In this document: piece by piece, positions 1-10,508 of the stretch
Numbering within the stretch: the first letter of the stretch is position 1
How the letters are laid out: the number at the start of each line of letters is the position of its first letter
Assembly: GCA_964220215.1 (NCBI GenBank)
Contig: CAXPTH010000003.1
Location: 70,216 to 134,215 of the forward strand
Direction of reading: 5' to 3'
DNA length: 64,000 nucleotides
Source: Alteromonas sp.
GTDB lineage: Bacteria; Margulisbacteria; Marinamargulisbacteria; UBA6595
The notes under the pieces: generated by a model
Database searches by the model: none
What the model was told of the DNA's origin: nothing
Seen by the model: the letters and a program-made list of their open reading frames with translations, nothing else
Made by a program: the position numbers and the translations under genes

Positions 1-562
1 TAACAATGCACTGGGGTAGGGGCGTTGAAATGGTCACAGTATCATCAATAACAATTTCTCTGGCCTGGTATCGAGCCACTAAATTAGGGATCTGAGCTTC
101 ATCATTTAAAAACCCACAATAACAACTTCCTCCGGTACCAACATCCGCTAAGCTATAGCTTATTTTTTTATTAAATTGGCAGAAACTAATTAAAAAATTA
201 TGCTGATTACTGCTATCTTCAAAGACCGTGCCTGGCGTAATAATTTGAACCACCCCTCGTTCGGTCAACCCCGGCTTTTCATCCGCCGCCTCGGTTTGCT
301 CACATAGAGCGACTTTGTACCCATGATCCACCAATTGTTTAATGTATTTGTCCGCAGCATGATACGGCATACCACACATATCCACGCGATTGGGGGCTTT
401 CCCACGTCCGGTTAATGTCAGGGACAATAAGGCCGAAACAGTGCGCGCATCGGCGTCAAACAGTTCGTAAAAGTCCCCCAAGCGAAACAACAACACCGTA
501 TCCGGATGCTGGTCCTTAATGGCTTTATATTGACGCAACATGGGGGTGTTAAATGCGCTCAT
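1..562 (-). CDS. mutS: DNA mismatch repair protein MutS, N-terminal part (gene runs off the window at base 1)
   Basis: Absent from the ORF track because there is no stop in the window. My translation of the minus strand from ATG 562-560 reads MSAFNTPMLRQYKAIKDQHPDTVLLFRLGDFYELFDADARTVSALLSLTLTGRG...MCGMPYHAADKYIKQLVDHGYKVALCEQ, the MutS domain I signature. The ATG overlaps the pheT TGA stop (ATGA). Confidence 0.85.
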   Translation of the reverse strand, partial: MSAFNTPMLRQYKAIKDQHPDTVLLFRLGDFYELFDADARTVSALLSLTLTGRGKAPNRVDMCGMPYHAADKYIKQLVDHGYKVALCEQTEAADEKPGLTERGVVQIITPGTVFEDSSNQHNFLISFCQFNKKISYSLADVGTGGSCYCGFLNDEAQIPNLVARYQAREIVIDDTVTISTPLPQCIV

Positions 563-2871
563 TCTCGAATACGGGCATCCGGAAACTGGGCCAATAAATG
601 CTGAACAACACGATCATGCATGCGATTGACTCGATTATCTTCCAATGTCTTTTTATGCGATTGATAGGTTAGTGATAATCCCAAACTCTTAACACCGGCA
701 CCCAATTTTTCGGTAGATTCAAAATAATCAAACAGCGATACCGACGCCAAATCCGATAAACGCATGCTCTGAATGCTGCTGAGCAAATCCGCATATTGGG
801 TTGCCTTAGGCAACACCAACGCAATATCCCGGGTCACACTTGGATACCGTGAAAACGCCTGATACTCTGGCGTTGATTGCGCGATGGGCAAGTGGAATGC
901 CCAATACGCTACATTGGGCAAATCATACGCCTGTGCAACACGCGGATGCACCATCCCGCATTCGCCATGGGTTGGCCCCGTTAGACAAGCGGATTGTCCA
1001 GGGTGCCAATACTCAGGGGTGTCTACAAACGCCTGATAGACTAAACTAGGGCATACGGATGCAAGCACACGCTTAAGTTCAAAAAAATCAACATCACCAA
1101 CCATAATGCCATGACAGATGGGCGTTTCTTGATAGCCAGTTTCGGTGCGTGTAAATAGGGTGGTGCATTCAAACAACCGAATGCACTGGTGTTGATGATG
1201 CCAATTGTGCCTGGCCACCCGCAGCAAAGCTGGCAAACCGTGCGGTTGCATGATAGACTCTTCGCTTGAAATGGGATTTTGAATTGCCACCCGAACTCCA
1301 GACTCAAGCCCCAAATGATCGCAATCTGATTCGGCAATCATGGGCATACAAACTGCTTCACTAAAGCCCATACTTGACCACTGATTTTTTAAGGCATCTA
1401 CGCAACGCTGAGGGCTCTCACTCATGGGTCCAACCAGTCGCAAGGGGGCATTGTCAATGTGATCAATGCCATAGCAGCGAATAATTTCTTCAGCTAAATC
1501 TGGCAGCCCCATCACATCCGCATGGCGCCAACTGGGCACAGTGGCTGTCGTTTCAGTGACAGCAAAGCCTAGGGATTCCAAACACTGCATCATAATTGAT
1601 TGGGACAAATGAGTACCCAACAGGTCATTAATCGCATCACCGGACCAATTAATTGTGCGTGGGGTATAGTCTGATACCGCCTGAGTCACTGTACAACCAA
1701 AGACAGCCGATGCGTGCTGAATTAACAACCCAATGGCACGATCCGTCGCACGCGTGTAGGCACACGGGTCAATGGACTTTTCAAACCGAATGGCACTGTC
1801 GGTTCGGCAATTGTATCGCTTGGCGGTTCGACGAATGGGGGTCGGCTGGAACTGGGCGGATTCTAAGACAATCGCCGTTGTGTCTGCCTGGATACTGCTG
1901 GTTAAACCACCCATGACACCGGCTAAAGCTACCGGATTTGTATCCGTTGCAATGACCATGTCATCCGGGGTTAAGGCAACCGATTGGCCGTCCAGCAAGT
2001 CAATCGTATCCGTTTCCGTGGCTTGCCGAATGCATAGTGTGTCCGCATTCAGGCGTTGGTGATCAAACGCATGCATGGGCTGACCCATTTCCAATAAGAC
2101 ATAATTGGTAATATCCACAACGTTATTAATGGGCTTAACATCGCATAACGCTAACCGGCGTTGCATCCAAATGGGCGATGGCCGAACGGATACCGCCAAG
2201 GTACTGGCTTGATAACCCATGCAGTGGGGGGATTCAATGCGAATATTAAACGGGGTTTCTGGTTTGGCTGGTTTGGATTGAACGGGGGAGTTGAGTGTGG
2301 GATACCGAACGGTTTCATGCGTTATGGTGGCAATTTCACGGGCCAACCCAATCATAGACAAGGCATCGCCACGGTTGGGCAAAATGCTAATGTCCAATAG
2401 GGTATCCGTTAGGCTGGCATAAGCAATAAAATCACAGCCAATGGGGGTGTCTTCAGGCAAAATCCAAATACCCGATGCTTCAGTGCTCACACCCAGTTCC
2501 AACTCTGAACACAACATCCCATACGAATCAATGCCACGCAACGGTTGGGCGTGAATCTCGGTCCCATTAGCCAAAACAGCCCCGGGCAAACTAACCGGAA
2601 CACGATCACCAACGGCAATATTGGTCGCTCCGGTTACAATTTGATGCGTGGCATCACCGGTTGAAATTTGGGTAATCACCAATCGATCCGCTTGTGGATG
2701 CGGCTGAATATCCATAATTTTTCCGGTGGTAATGCCGCGAAGCGATTCACCAATCGTAATCAAATCCTCAACTTCAAACCCAGCCATGCACAACCGATCT
2801 GCCAATTCATTGGGTGGTATTGGTATGGAAACATACTCAGATAACCAGGAAATCGGATATTTCATTGCCAA
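559..2871 (-). CDS. pheT: phenylalanine--tRNA ligase beta subunit
   Basis: 770 aa. It has an N-terminal tRNA-binding OB domain (GKIMDIQPHPQADRLVITQISTG), a B3/B4-B5 core and a C-terminal FDX-ACB-like domain. Length and domain order are typical of bacterial PheT. Confidence 0.9.
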   Translation of the reverse strand: MAMKYPISWLSEYVSIPIPPNELADRLCMAGFEVEDLITIGESLRGITTGKIMDIQPHPQADRLVITQISTGDATHQIVTGATNIAVGDRVPVSLPGAVLANGTEIHAQPLRGIDSYGMLCSELELGVSTEASGIWILPEDTPIGCDFIAYASLTDTLLDISILPNRGDALSMIGLAREIATITHETVRYPTLNSPVQSKPAKPETPFNIRIESPHCMGYQASTLAVSVRPSPIWMQRRLALCDVKPINNVVDITNYVLLEMGQPMHAFDHQRLNADTLCIRQATETDTIDLLDGQSVALTPDDMVIATDTNPVALAGVMGGLTSSIQADTTAIVLESAQFQPTPIRRTAKRYNCRTDSAIRFEKSIDPCAYTRATDRAIGLLIQHASAVFGCTVTQAVSDYTPRTINWSGDAINDLLGTHLSQSIMMQCLESLGFAVTETTATVPSWRHADVMGLPDLAEEIIRCYGIDHIDNAPLRLVGPMSESPQRCVDALKNQWSSMGFSEAVCMPMIAESDCDHLGLESGVRVAIQNPISSEESIMQPHGLPALLRVARHNWHHQHQCIRLFECTTLFTRTETGYQETPICHGIMVGDVDFFELKRVLASVCPSLVYQAFVDTPEYWHPGQSACLTGPTHGECGMVHPRVAQAYDLPNVAYWAFHLPIAQSTPEYQAFSRYPSVTRDIALVLPKATQYADLLSSIQSMRLSDLASVSLFDYFESTEKLGAGVKSLGLSLTYQSHKKTLEDNRVNRMHDRVVQHLLAQFPDARIRE

Positions 2872-2981
2872 AACAAAAACTCTATCACAATACCCACTAT
2901 TATAAACTAAACCCCCTCGTTTGGACTACTTTTTTCTATCTATTTTTTACATAATATATATTATGCGACATTAATTTTAGG

Positions 2982-3737
2982 CTATACATGCCGAACAGGG
3001 AGTCCAGCTGCGTCCACCGTTTGTTTAATCTCTTGAACGGTCAAAATTTGATCATGCAGAAGTGATGCTAACAAAGCGGCATCGCAATGCGGCAACACAT
3101 CCGCCACATGTTGCGCCGTTCCCGCTCCGCCCGAAGCAATAATGGGCACACGGACTCGGGATCGAATCTGCGCCATTAAATCCGACGCATACCCTGATTT
3201 CGTTCCATCATGATCCATCGACGTAATTAACAATTCACCCGCACCGCGCGCCACCGCTTCGACGGCCCAATCCAAGGCATTCAATGCCGTTGCTCGCCGC
3301 CCCCCATGGGTGTACACAATCCACTCCCCCGCATCATTTTGCTTCACATCAATGGCAACCACCATGCACTGAGCCCCAAATTGATTGGCACCAGCCGTAA
3401 TTAACTCCGGCGTGTGGATCGCCGCTGAATTAATCACTACTTTATCCGCACCCGCACACAACACCGCCCGCACATCCGCCACAGTGCGAATCCCACCCCC
3501 AACGGTTAATGGAATAAACACACACGCCGCCACTTGCGATACACAGTCAATTAAAACCGCTCGGTCATCCGAACTTGCTGTAATATCCAAAAAAACCAAT
3601 TCATCCACACCCTGTGCATCATAACGCTGGGCCAACTCAACCGGATCTCCCGCATCGCGAATCCCCACAAAATTGACCCCTTTCACCACCCGGCCATTGT
3701 CAATGTCTAAACAAGCAATAATGCGTTTGGTTAACAT
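2982..3737 (-). CDS. hisF: imidazole glycerol phosphate synthase cyclase subunit HisF
   Basis: 251 aa TIM barrel. Motifs: MLTKRIIACLDIDNGRVVKGVNF, DELVFLDITAS, TVGGGIR, ADKVVINSAA, ASGGAG. Confidence 0.9.
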   Translation of the reverse strand: MLTKRIIACLDIDNGRVVKGVNFVGIRDAGDPVELAQRYDAQGVDELVFLDITASSDDRAVLIDCVSQVAACVFIPLTVGGGIRTVADVRAVLCAGADKVVINSAAIHTPELITAGANQFGAQCMVVAIDVKQNDAGEWIVYTHGGRRATALNALDWAVEAVARGAGELLITSMDHDGTKSGYASDLMAQIRSRVRVPIIASGGAGTAQHVADVLPHCDAALLASLLHDQILTVQEIKQTVDAAGLPVRHV

Positions 3738-3739
3738 GG

Positions 3740-4651
3740 CTAAATCACAAGTGGCGGATTGCCAGCCAAATAATTTGAATACGCCATTCTCGGCTTGCCC
3801 TCAACTTGAATCTCCAACGGCTCTAAACAACCATCCGCTATCTGAGCCCGAAAAATTTTAATGCGTTTATTGTTCTGAAGAATATACGCCCCCGGCTTCG
3901 GTGAAAATGCCTGAATTCGAGCCAGCTTTTCTGCCGCATCATACTCAGGTAGCAAGCACGCATCGGCGGATTGAATTTTTTTGCAATACGTCGCCAGAGT
4001 ATCGTCTTGGGCTGTTGGGGTAATCGAAGTGTGATCATACAAATAACGCAAGCACAATTCGGCCCCCACTCCCGCATAAATCGCATGCAAATCCCCGGCT
4101 GTGCTGGCCATCGGAATGGGCATGGATTGTGTCAATAAAATATCCCCAGCATCCATATATTCATTCATGCGAATCAAACTAACCCCGGACACCGTGTCTT
4201 GATTTAATAATGCGGCTTGAATCGGCGTTGCGCCTCGGTATTTGGGCAACAATGACGGATGCACATTGATGCAACAATACGCATCTACAATATGTTTGGG
4301 AATGATCATGCCATAAGCCACGACAACAATCACATCCGGGTTTAATTGGTGTATCGCATCGGCAAATGCCTCCGGCGTTGTGGGATGAAACAGCGGGACG
4401 GATGCTGATCGGCTTTGTACATAAGCCTGAACCGCCGTTGGTGATAGCTTTTTCCCCCGCCCCGTTGGCTTTTCAGGCTGTGTAAACACCCCTACACAGT
4501 GTGTCTCATGGTTATCCAGAAGGACTGAAAGCGTCGGAACAGCAAAATCAGGTGAACCGGCAAAGACGTAACGCCCCTTAAACTGTTTTGGGTTTAAGTC
4601 CAATGTCCTTCCGATAATACATTCCCTGGTAGTGAATATGGCCAATGGCAT
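3740..4651 (-). CDS. fmt: methionyl-tRNA formyltransferase
   Basis: Motifs VFAGSPDFAVPTL and HPSLLPKYRGATPIQAALLN, plus a C-terminal Fmt domain. The ORF-track N-terminus overlaps purD. I chose the ATG at 4651, but an internal TTG start is equally possible. Confidence 0.8.
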   Translation of the reverse strand: MPLAIFTTRECIIGRTLDLNPKQFKGRYVFAGSPDFAVPTLSVLLDNHETHCVGVFTQPEKPTGRGKKLSPTAVQAYVQSRSASVPLFHPTTPEAFADAIHQLNPDVIVVVAYGMIIPKHIVDAYCCINVHPSLLPKYRGATPIQAALLNQDTVSGVSLIRMNEYMDAGDILLTQSMPIPMASTAGDLHAIYAGVGAELCLRYLYDHTSITPTAQDDTLATYCKKIQSADACLLPEYDAAEKLARIQAFSPKPGAYILQNNKRIKIFRAQIADGCLEPLEIQVEGKPRMAYSNYLAGNPPLVI

Positions 4652-5867
4652 TGTACGCCAACTCAGCAGCCGATGGAATGTCCCAAGATTTAGCCAAAAC
4701 ACCCAACACACGCCCCCCATTGGTTAACAATTGCTCCCCTTCTAGACGTGTTCCCGCATGAATGAGGGTATAGGAATCTGTTGTTTCGAAAATTTCAGTT
4801 CCATGAATGGGGACCCCCACATCATAATGATTGGGGTAGCCCCCTGACGTTAAGACTACGCATACTGCCTGCTTAACATCCCAATCAATCGTCAAGGTAT
4901 CCAATGTTCGATTATGAATGGCTTCACAAATAGTAATTAAATCCGTATCCAGTCGGTTCAGCACAACCTGAGCTTCTGGATCCCCAAATCGTGTATTATA
5001 CTCCACTACACTGGCTCGATTATTGGTATGTATCATTAAGCCAAAATATAAAATTCCCCGAAAGTCCATGCCTTCCGATTGAATGCCGTACAGCGTGGGA
5101 TTTACAATTGACTCTAAAACATACGACTCAACCAACGGATTTAAAGCCATAGACGGCGAGAAACACCCCATCCCACCAGTGTTTGGCCCTTTATCGCCAT
5201 CGTAAATAGGCTTGTGATCTTGAGCCGATACCATATGGACAATGTGATTACCGTCCACAAATGCCATTAACGATGCTTCAACGCCCTCTAAAAATGATTC
5301 AATGACCACACGGTTGGATGAAAATTTATGGTGCACAAATACCGATTCTAAAGCGTCAATGGCGGTATGTTCATCATGGGCAACCACAACCCCTTTTCCA
5401 GACGCTAACCCATCGGCTTTAATCACAATGGGACATCCGTGGGTTTTTACATAATCTTTGGCACTATCGTAGTCATCAAACACGGCATACTCTGCAGTCG
5501 GTATATTGTATTTTTTCATAAATGATTTGGCAAAGGCCTTAGAGCCTTCCAACTGGGCCGCATCTTTAGACGGGCCAATGATCACCAAATCTTCAGCCAA
5601 AAATCGATCTGCAATGCCATCGACCAATGGCTGTTCCGGACCCACAATCGTAATATCAATATTATTTTGCTTCACAAACTCGATGACCGCATCAAAATTA
5701 TTATCCATCGATAAATGAATGGATTCCCCAATAGCCTGAGTCCCTGGATTGCCCGGGGATACATACAGCTTGGCCAATCGTGGAGATCGGGATAATGCCA
5801 AGGCAATGGCATGCTCTCGACCACCCGATCCAATCAATAAAATGCGTTTCGTATCTGTGTGTGTCAT
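4578..5867 (-). CDS. purD: phosphoribosylamine--glycine ligase
   Basis: RILLIGSGGREHAIALAL and an ATP-grasp body with full-length PurD-like sequence. Start moved to MTHTDTKR (ATG 5867-5865); the longer track ORF overlaps the upstream gene. Confidence 0.9.
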   Translation of the reverse strand: MTHTDTKRILLIGSGGREHAIALALSRSPRLAKLYVSPGNPGTQAIGESIHLSMDNNFDAVIEFVKQNNIDITIVGPEQPLVDGIADRFLAEDLVIIGPSKDAAQLEGSKAFAKSFMKKYNIPTAEYAVFDDYDSAKDYVKTHGCPIVIKADGLASGKGVVVAHDEHTAIDALESVFVHHKFSSNRVVIESFLEGVEASLMAFVDGNHIVHMVSAQDHKPIYDGDKGPNTGGMGCFSPSMALNPLVESYVLESIVNPTLYGIQSEGMDFRGILYFGLMIHTNNRASVVEYNTRFGDPEAQVVLNRLDTDLITICEAIHNRTLDTLTIDWDVKQAVCVVLTSGGYPNHYDVGVPIHGTEIFETTDSYTLIHAGTRLEGEQLLTNGGRVLGVLAKSWDIPSAAELAYNAIGHIHYQGMYYRKDIGLKPKTV

Positions 5868-5907
5868 GTGGTTATCATCATAACAAACTTTATGCGCTTG
5901 GGCTAGG

Positions 5908-6900
5908 TTATTGAGTCGCGGGTTCTTCTGGATAAAGAAAACAACCAACGGCGTGATCAACCATACTGTTCAGGCCGGGACGACTCGTTTGACACACTGG
6001 CATAGCCTGGGGACAACGGGTATGAAAGGCACACCCGGCTGGACGCTTATACAAGCTGGGAAGCTCGCCACTTAATCGCTGCGGTTTGGGCGCTTTAGGA
6101 TCTGGAATTGGAATCGACGCTAGCAACGCCTGAGTATACGGGTGTTTGGGATTTGAAAACAGTGTCTCTGCGGGTGCCCATTCAACCAATTCACCCAAAT
6201 ACATAACGGCCACACGATCGCATTGCTGCGCAATAACGCCTAGATCATGGGAAATTAATAAGACCGACATGCCCAATTCGGCGCGCAAATCTTGCAACAA
6301 CTCTAAAATTTGAACCTGAATTGTCACATCCAGAGATGCCGTTGGTTCATCGGCAATTAATAATTTAGGCTTCATGGCCAACGTTAGCGCAATCATAATA
6401 CGCTGACACATACCCCATGAAAACTGATGCGGATAATCACACAAGCGTTTATGGGCATCGGGAATACCGACACGATTCAGCCAATATTCGGCTTCTTGAA
6501 TGGCTTGTTTTCGGGTGTGGCCAAAATGCAAGCGCAACGTTTCAACAAAATGATCCTGAATGCTAAACACCGGGTTTAAGGATGCCAGTGGGTTTTGAAA
6601 TACCAGCCCAATATCCCGCCCCCGAATGGTGCGATAATCCGCATCTGAAAACCCCTGTATTTCAGTGCCATTCCAGATAATTTTACCAGACTCAATATGG
6701 CCATTTGGGGGCAAAAGACCCAACACAGACAAGGCCGTTACACTTTTTCCTGACCCCGATTCCCCAACCAATCCCATGACCGTATTGTCTGGAATTGACA
6801 ATGACAAATCACGAATAACGGTTAACTGTGTTTGATTAACGTGAAATTGGACTGAAAGCTGCTTAATCTCGAGCACACAAGTACCGCAATGCTGCCGCAT
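5908..6900 (-). CDS. ABC transporter ATP-binding protein, oligopeptide/dipeptide (OppD/DppD) type
   Basis: Walker A GESGSGKS, Walker B LLIADEPTASLD, H-loop ISHDLG, and a C-terminal oligopeptide-type extension (HPYTQALLASIP, Cys cluster). The start is uncertain (ATG 6900 or GTG 6876). The track N-terminus overlaps aroQ. Confidence 0.8.
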   Translation of the reverse strand: MRQHCGTCVLEIKQLSVQFHVNQTQLTVIRDLSLSIPDNTVMGLVGESGSGKSVTALSVLGLLPPNGHIESGKIIWNGTEIQGFSDADYRTIRGRDIGLVFQNPLASLNPVFSIQDHFVETLRLHFGHTRKQAIQEAEYWLNRVGIPDAHKRLCDYPHQFSWGMCQRIMIALTLAMKPKLLIADEPTASLDVTIQVQILELLQDLRAELGMSVLLISHDLGVIAQQCDRVAVMYLGELVEWAPAETLFSNPKHPYTQALLASIPIPDPKAPKPQRLSGELPSLYKRPAGCAFHTRCPQAMPVCQTSRPGLNSMVDHAVGCFLYPEEPATQ

Positions 6901-7294
6901 ACCCGTAGGCCCCCAATCCCGATATCTGACCCACACACACTGAACTAATATAAGAATGATGCCGAAACGCTTCGCGTTGATAAATATTAGACAGATGCAC
7001 TTCAACGGTTGGTATAGACGCTGACGCTAATGCATCGCGAATGGCAATGCTTGTGTGGGTAAACGCAGCCGGGTTGATAACCAAACCGGCATGATCCTGT
7101 GCATGAAGGTGAATAGCATCCACAATATCGCCTTCGTGGTTGGACTGCAAAATAGTCAAAGAAACCGATTCCGCTTGCGCAATCGCTTGCAACTGTTGAT
7201 TGATATCATCTAAGGTATCCGTTCCGTAAATATCCGGCTCACGTTTACCGAGTTGATTTAAATTGGGACCATGAATAATTAAAATCTTTTTCAT
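6863..7294 (-). CDS. aroQ: 3-dehydroquinate dehydratase, type II
   Basis: 143 aa. Motifs MKKILIIHGPNLNQLGKREPDIYG and VEVHLSNIYQREAFRHHS. Confidence 0.9.
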   Translation of the reverse strand: MKKILIIHGPNLNQLGKREPDIYGTDTLDDINQQLQAIAQAESVSLTILQSNHEGDIVDAIHLHAQDHAGLVINPAAFTHTSIAIRDALASASIPTVEVHLSNIYQREAFRHHSYISSVCVGQISGLGAYGYAAALRYLCARD

Positions 7295-7299
7295 ACGTT

Positions 7300-8394
7300 T
7301 TAAAGGGTATCCAAAACCGCTTGAATATCGGATTCAGCAACAGAAACAATTGTAACATCCCCTATTTTTGTGGGCAATACAAACCGCAATTGATCCCGAA
7401 TGGCTTTTTTATCCAAACGCATGGTATCCATAAGCCCTGATTTTGGGTCCGATTTCGGAATGTCTAGCTGTGTTGGCAACCCAATGCCCTGAATCAAAGA
7501 AAACAAGGCCTCATACACAGATTCTTGGCATAGCCCCAAGTGAATTGCAAGCCGTGTCTCAGCCAGCATGCCCAAGGCAATGGCTTCTCCGTGAAAATAA
7601 TGCTGATAATCCCCAGCTACTTCAATGGCATGCCCAATGGTATGCCCAAAATTTAAAATCATGCGTCGATTGGCTTCTTTTTCATCGTCATTAACCACCT
7701 GAACTTTATGCTGAGCCGACTGCTGCACAATTTGCATCCAGGGTTCGGGCCCAGACACAGCGCTGAGTGCCGATGTTTGGGTCAATAGTTGATTAAAGAA
7801 ATGAGCATCCATGATCATGCCATATTTAATGACTTCCGCTAAGCCCGATTGGATATGACGCTTGGGCAAGCTGCACAAGGTTTGCACATCACAATAGGTG
7901 ATTAACGGTTGATGAAAGGAACCAATTAAGTTTTTTCCCAAGGGATGATTAACCCCCGTTTTTCCACCAATTGCCGCATCCACTTGAGCCAGCAACGTGG
8001 TGGGAACTTGAATAACCGCAATACCACGCAAATAAATGGCCGCTACAAAGCCGGTTAAATCCCCAACAACACCCCCGCCCAAGGCAATGAGGGCATCGTG
8101 CCGATCCAATCGCCAGGTTAGTAACTGGGTGATTATTGCAGACACCTGATCCATTGATTTCGATGTTTCACCATCGGGAATACCAATGGTTTGCACATTA
8201 AACCCAACCGATTCACAGGATTTTGTAATGGCTTGACAATAGGAATCTGGAATCGTTGATTGTGTCACAATAACCAGACGACGACCTGAAATTTGATCTC
8301 GAATAACCGAACCAAGCTGAGACAAACACCCCCACCCTACATCCACACGGCTGTTGACTTGCTTCAATCGAATTGATGTTGTTTTAGTCATCAC
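7300..8394 (-). CDS. aroB: 3-dehydroquinate synthase
   Basis: 364 aa. Motifs GGGVVGDLTGFVAA, KTGVNHPLGKNLIG and NFGHTIGHAIE (metal ligands). Confidence 0.9.
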   Translation of the reverse strand: MMTKTTSIRLKQVNSRVDVGWGCLSQLGSVIRDQISGRRLVIVTQSTIPDSYCQAITKSCESVGFNVQTIGIPDGETSKSMDQVSAIITQLLTWRLDRHDALIALGGGVVGDLTGFVAAIYLRGIAVIQVPTTLLAQVDAAIGGKTGVNHPLGKNLIGSFHQPLITYCDVQTLCSLPKRHIQSGLAEVIKYGMIMDAHFFNQLLTQTSALSAVSGPEPWMQIVQQSAQHKVQVVNDDEKEANRRMILNFGHTIGHAIEVAGDYQHYFHGEAIALGMLAETRLAIHLGLCQESVYEALFSLIQGIGLPTQLDIPKSDPKSGLMDTMRLDKKAIRDQLRFVLPTKIGDVTIVSVAESDIQAVLDTL

Positions 8395-8436
8395 TACTGT
8401 TTAATCATAGCACAAACTGGTACACTGGTAGTTAGT

Positions 8437-9618
8437 ATGCTTCGAGTTTTTATTGGTTTAATCATTAGCACCGTTGCTTTTGGGGCGATTCATGTTCAAA
8501 CCGTATCGGTCAATGCGACTGAAAGCGTGTTTTTAGATTACAACAAAACCCAGATCTTGCAATCCAATTTATCCCTAATTTTTGAAAACGGCTTGGGCAA
8601 AGTCTCTGATGCATTCGAACCAACAGACAATGTCTCAGCTGTACAAAAATCAACATTTAACATCGCGATGGATGCCGCAAGAGGGGGCGCTGCCGAAGCG
8701 ACCACCAACCTTAAGGCTTATCCGTCAACGGCCAGTTACTACCCCACATATTCCAACTGCGATTATAAATGTTTAATCACTCGTTATTTTTATTTAGGGC
8801 TTTTGTCTGTTACTGGCTATAACGCAAATCGACAAGCAAAAACGATCGGTGAGTGGGAACCCCACACCCCTCAATTAATGCTGGCCATTGACCCCGATGC
8901 TACAGAATTATTAACAGGAACAGTCGATAATATTGTGATGCCTAAACAAGTGCCCAACGGTCTTTATATGCCCAAAGAAATCACGGCAAATACTCCAACC
9001 TTTAATGTTGCCCCAACACTGAATGCAACGGTGAGTCAAAATTTAGCCAGTCTAGGAACCATTAACGTGCCCTCATTCAATAAATACACAGCGGTATTTG
9101 ATGTTCATGTTATTGGGCATGAATTGGTTCCTACGAATCATGTGCTTTACGCCGCAAACACCCTGGCTCAGTGGTTGGATAATCAACGTGTCGGGACGCC
9201 CAATACATGGAAAACCGTTGTGAATCAACTCACTGCAGTCAGCGGCAGCGCCTTAATACTCGTGCCAAACGCCAGCACACAATCCCTTGCGACAATCAGT
9301 CTATATGCACCAAGGGTCTTGAACGGACCCAATCCATTTAACCCAGGCATCGGCCAAATAACCCGATTTCAATACACACTGAACAATGACTCCGATGTTG
9401 AGATGCATATTTACTCCTTATCCGGTACCAAAGTCTATGAGGCCCATCGTCAACGGGGTAACCGTGGCGGGGCTAAAGGATTTAATGGCGACATTACTTG
9501 GGATGGACGAAACAAAGACGGAAATACGGTGGCCAACGGCGTCTATGTGGCGTATTTTAAGTTTGCCAGCATTGATGGCACCGTGTTTAGTAAATGCAAA
9601 GTAGTGGTGTATAAATGA
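8437..9618 (+). CDS. secreted protein with C-terminal FlgD-Ig / T9SS-type sorting beta-sandwich domain; N-terminal domain unknown
   Basis: It has an N-terminal signal-like hydrophobic segment. The C-terminal ~90 aa (GPNPFNPGIGQITRFQYTLNNDSDVEMHIYSLSGTKVYE...ITWDGRNKDGNTVANGVYVAYFKF...KVVVYK) match, from memory, the NPFNP...IYD..G..V...WDG.n..G..v.sGvY pattern. Confidence 0.5.
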   Translation: MLRVFIGLIISTVAFGAIHVQTVSVNATESVFLDYNKTQILQSNLSLIFENGLGKVSDAFEPTDNVSAVQKSTFNIAMDAARGGAAEATTNLKAYPSTASYYPTYSNCDYKCLITRYFYLGLLSVTGYNANRQAKTIGEWEPHTPQLMLAIDPDATELLTGTVDNIVMPKQVPNGLYMPKEITANTPTFNVAPTLNATVSQNLASLGTINVPSFNKYTAVFDVHVIGHELVPTNHVLYAANTLAQWLDNQRVGTPNTWKTVVNQLTAVSGSALILVPNASTQSLATISLYAPRVLNGPNPFNPGIGQITRFQYTLNNDSDVEMHIYSLSGTKVYEAHRQRGNRGGAKGFNGDITWDGRNKDGNTVANGVYVAYFKFASIDGTVFSKCKVVVYK

Positions 9619-10508
9619 TTCGCCTCTGTCTCTTGCTGTGCATTGGTTTATCTGTGTGGGGCACCAATCAGGCCGCCGATTATTTGCGCAATCAATTTAA
9701 TGTTCGCTCATCGGGGATGAGTGGCGCTTCAGTGGCTATTCCCAATGATCACCGGTTTGTGTACAACAACCCAGCCGCCGTTATACAAGGCAGAAATGGG
9801 GTTTCTTTTGCTAATTTTGGAAAAATTGAAACGCAATATTATGCATTAAACTACAACAAAGTATATGAAAAATTTGGATTTAACCTAGGCTTTCGAAATG
9901 CCCATTTAGATGACATTATTTTAACGGAAACCAGTCAGAATCCAGATATCAGCAATACCCCCCTAGCGGATTACACCCCCCACACCGTATTGGGTAGCAG
10001 CAGTTGGGATGCCTTTGTCTATCATGGGGCAACTGCTTACTCAATGCCGTGGGCGGATGTGGGCATTAGTATGCACTATATTCATGAAAACTTAGTGGGC
10101 TATACGGGCCATGCCATCGGGTTTAATGCTGGAATGCTAACCCGCTATCAAGACTATACGTTTGGGGCTAGCGTTTTAAATGCGGGCACATCGGCCATGC
10201 GTTGGGAAAATGGCACTGTAGAATTTATTGAGCCTATCTATGCCATCGGGGCCTCAACCCGTATTTTAGAAGACAAGTTATTAGTCACATCCGAGATTCA
10301 AACCCAATACGATACCAATTGGATTTTAGGGGCTGAATTGCAACTAAACTCTGCGGTTGCCTTGCGGGTTGGCAATAGCAATACGAATCTAAGCTTTGGG
10401 GTTGGTATTGCGTTACAGTCTTATGAAGTATCGGTATCGTATCAGCATGAAAATCGATTGTATAACAATGATATATTTAAACTGGAGGTTAGCTTGTTAT
10501 GGGATTAA
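9615..10508 (+). CDS. PorV/PorQ-like outer-membrane beta-barrel protein
   Basis: It has a signal peptide, then SSGMSGASVAIPNDHRFVYNNPAAV, which resembles the GMGGA.vA..dd....NPAgl opening of PorV-family barrels. The rest is an alternating beta-strand pattern, ending in an aromatic-rich strand. Its ATG overlaps the upstream stop (ATGA). Confidence 0.5.
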   Translation: MIRLCLLLCIGLSVWGTNQAADYLRNQFNVRSSGMSGASVAIPNDHRFVYNNPAAVIQGRNGVSFANFGKIETQYYALNYNKVYEKFGFNLGFRNAHLDDIILTETSQNPDISNTPLADYTPHTVLGSSSWDAFVYHGATAYSMPWADVGISMHYIHENLVGYTGHAIGFNAGMLTRYQDYTFGASVLNAGTSAMRWENGTVEFIEPIYAIGASTRILEDKLLVTSEIQTQYDTNWILGAELQLNSAVALRVGNSNTNLSFGVGIALQSYEVSVSYQHENRLYNNDIFKLEVSLLWD

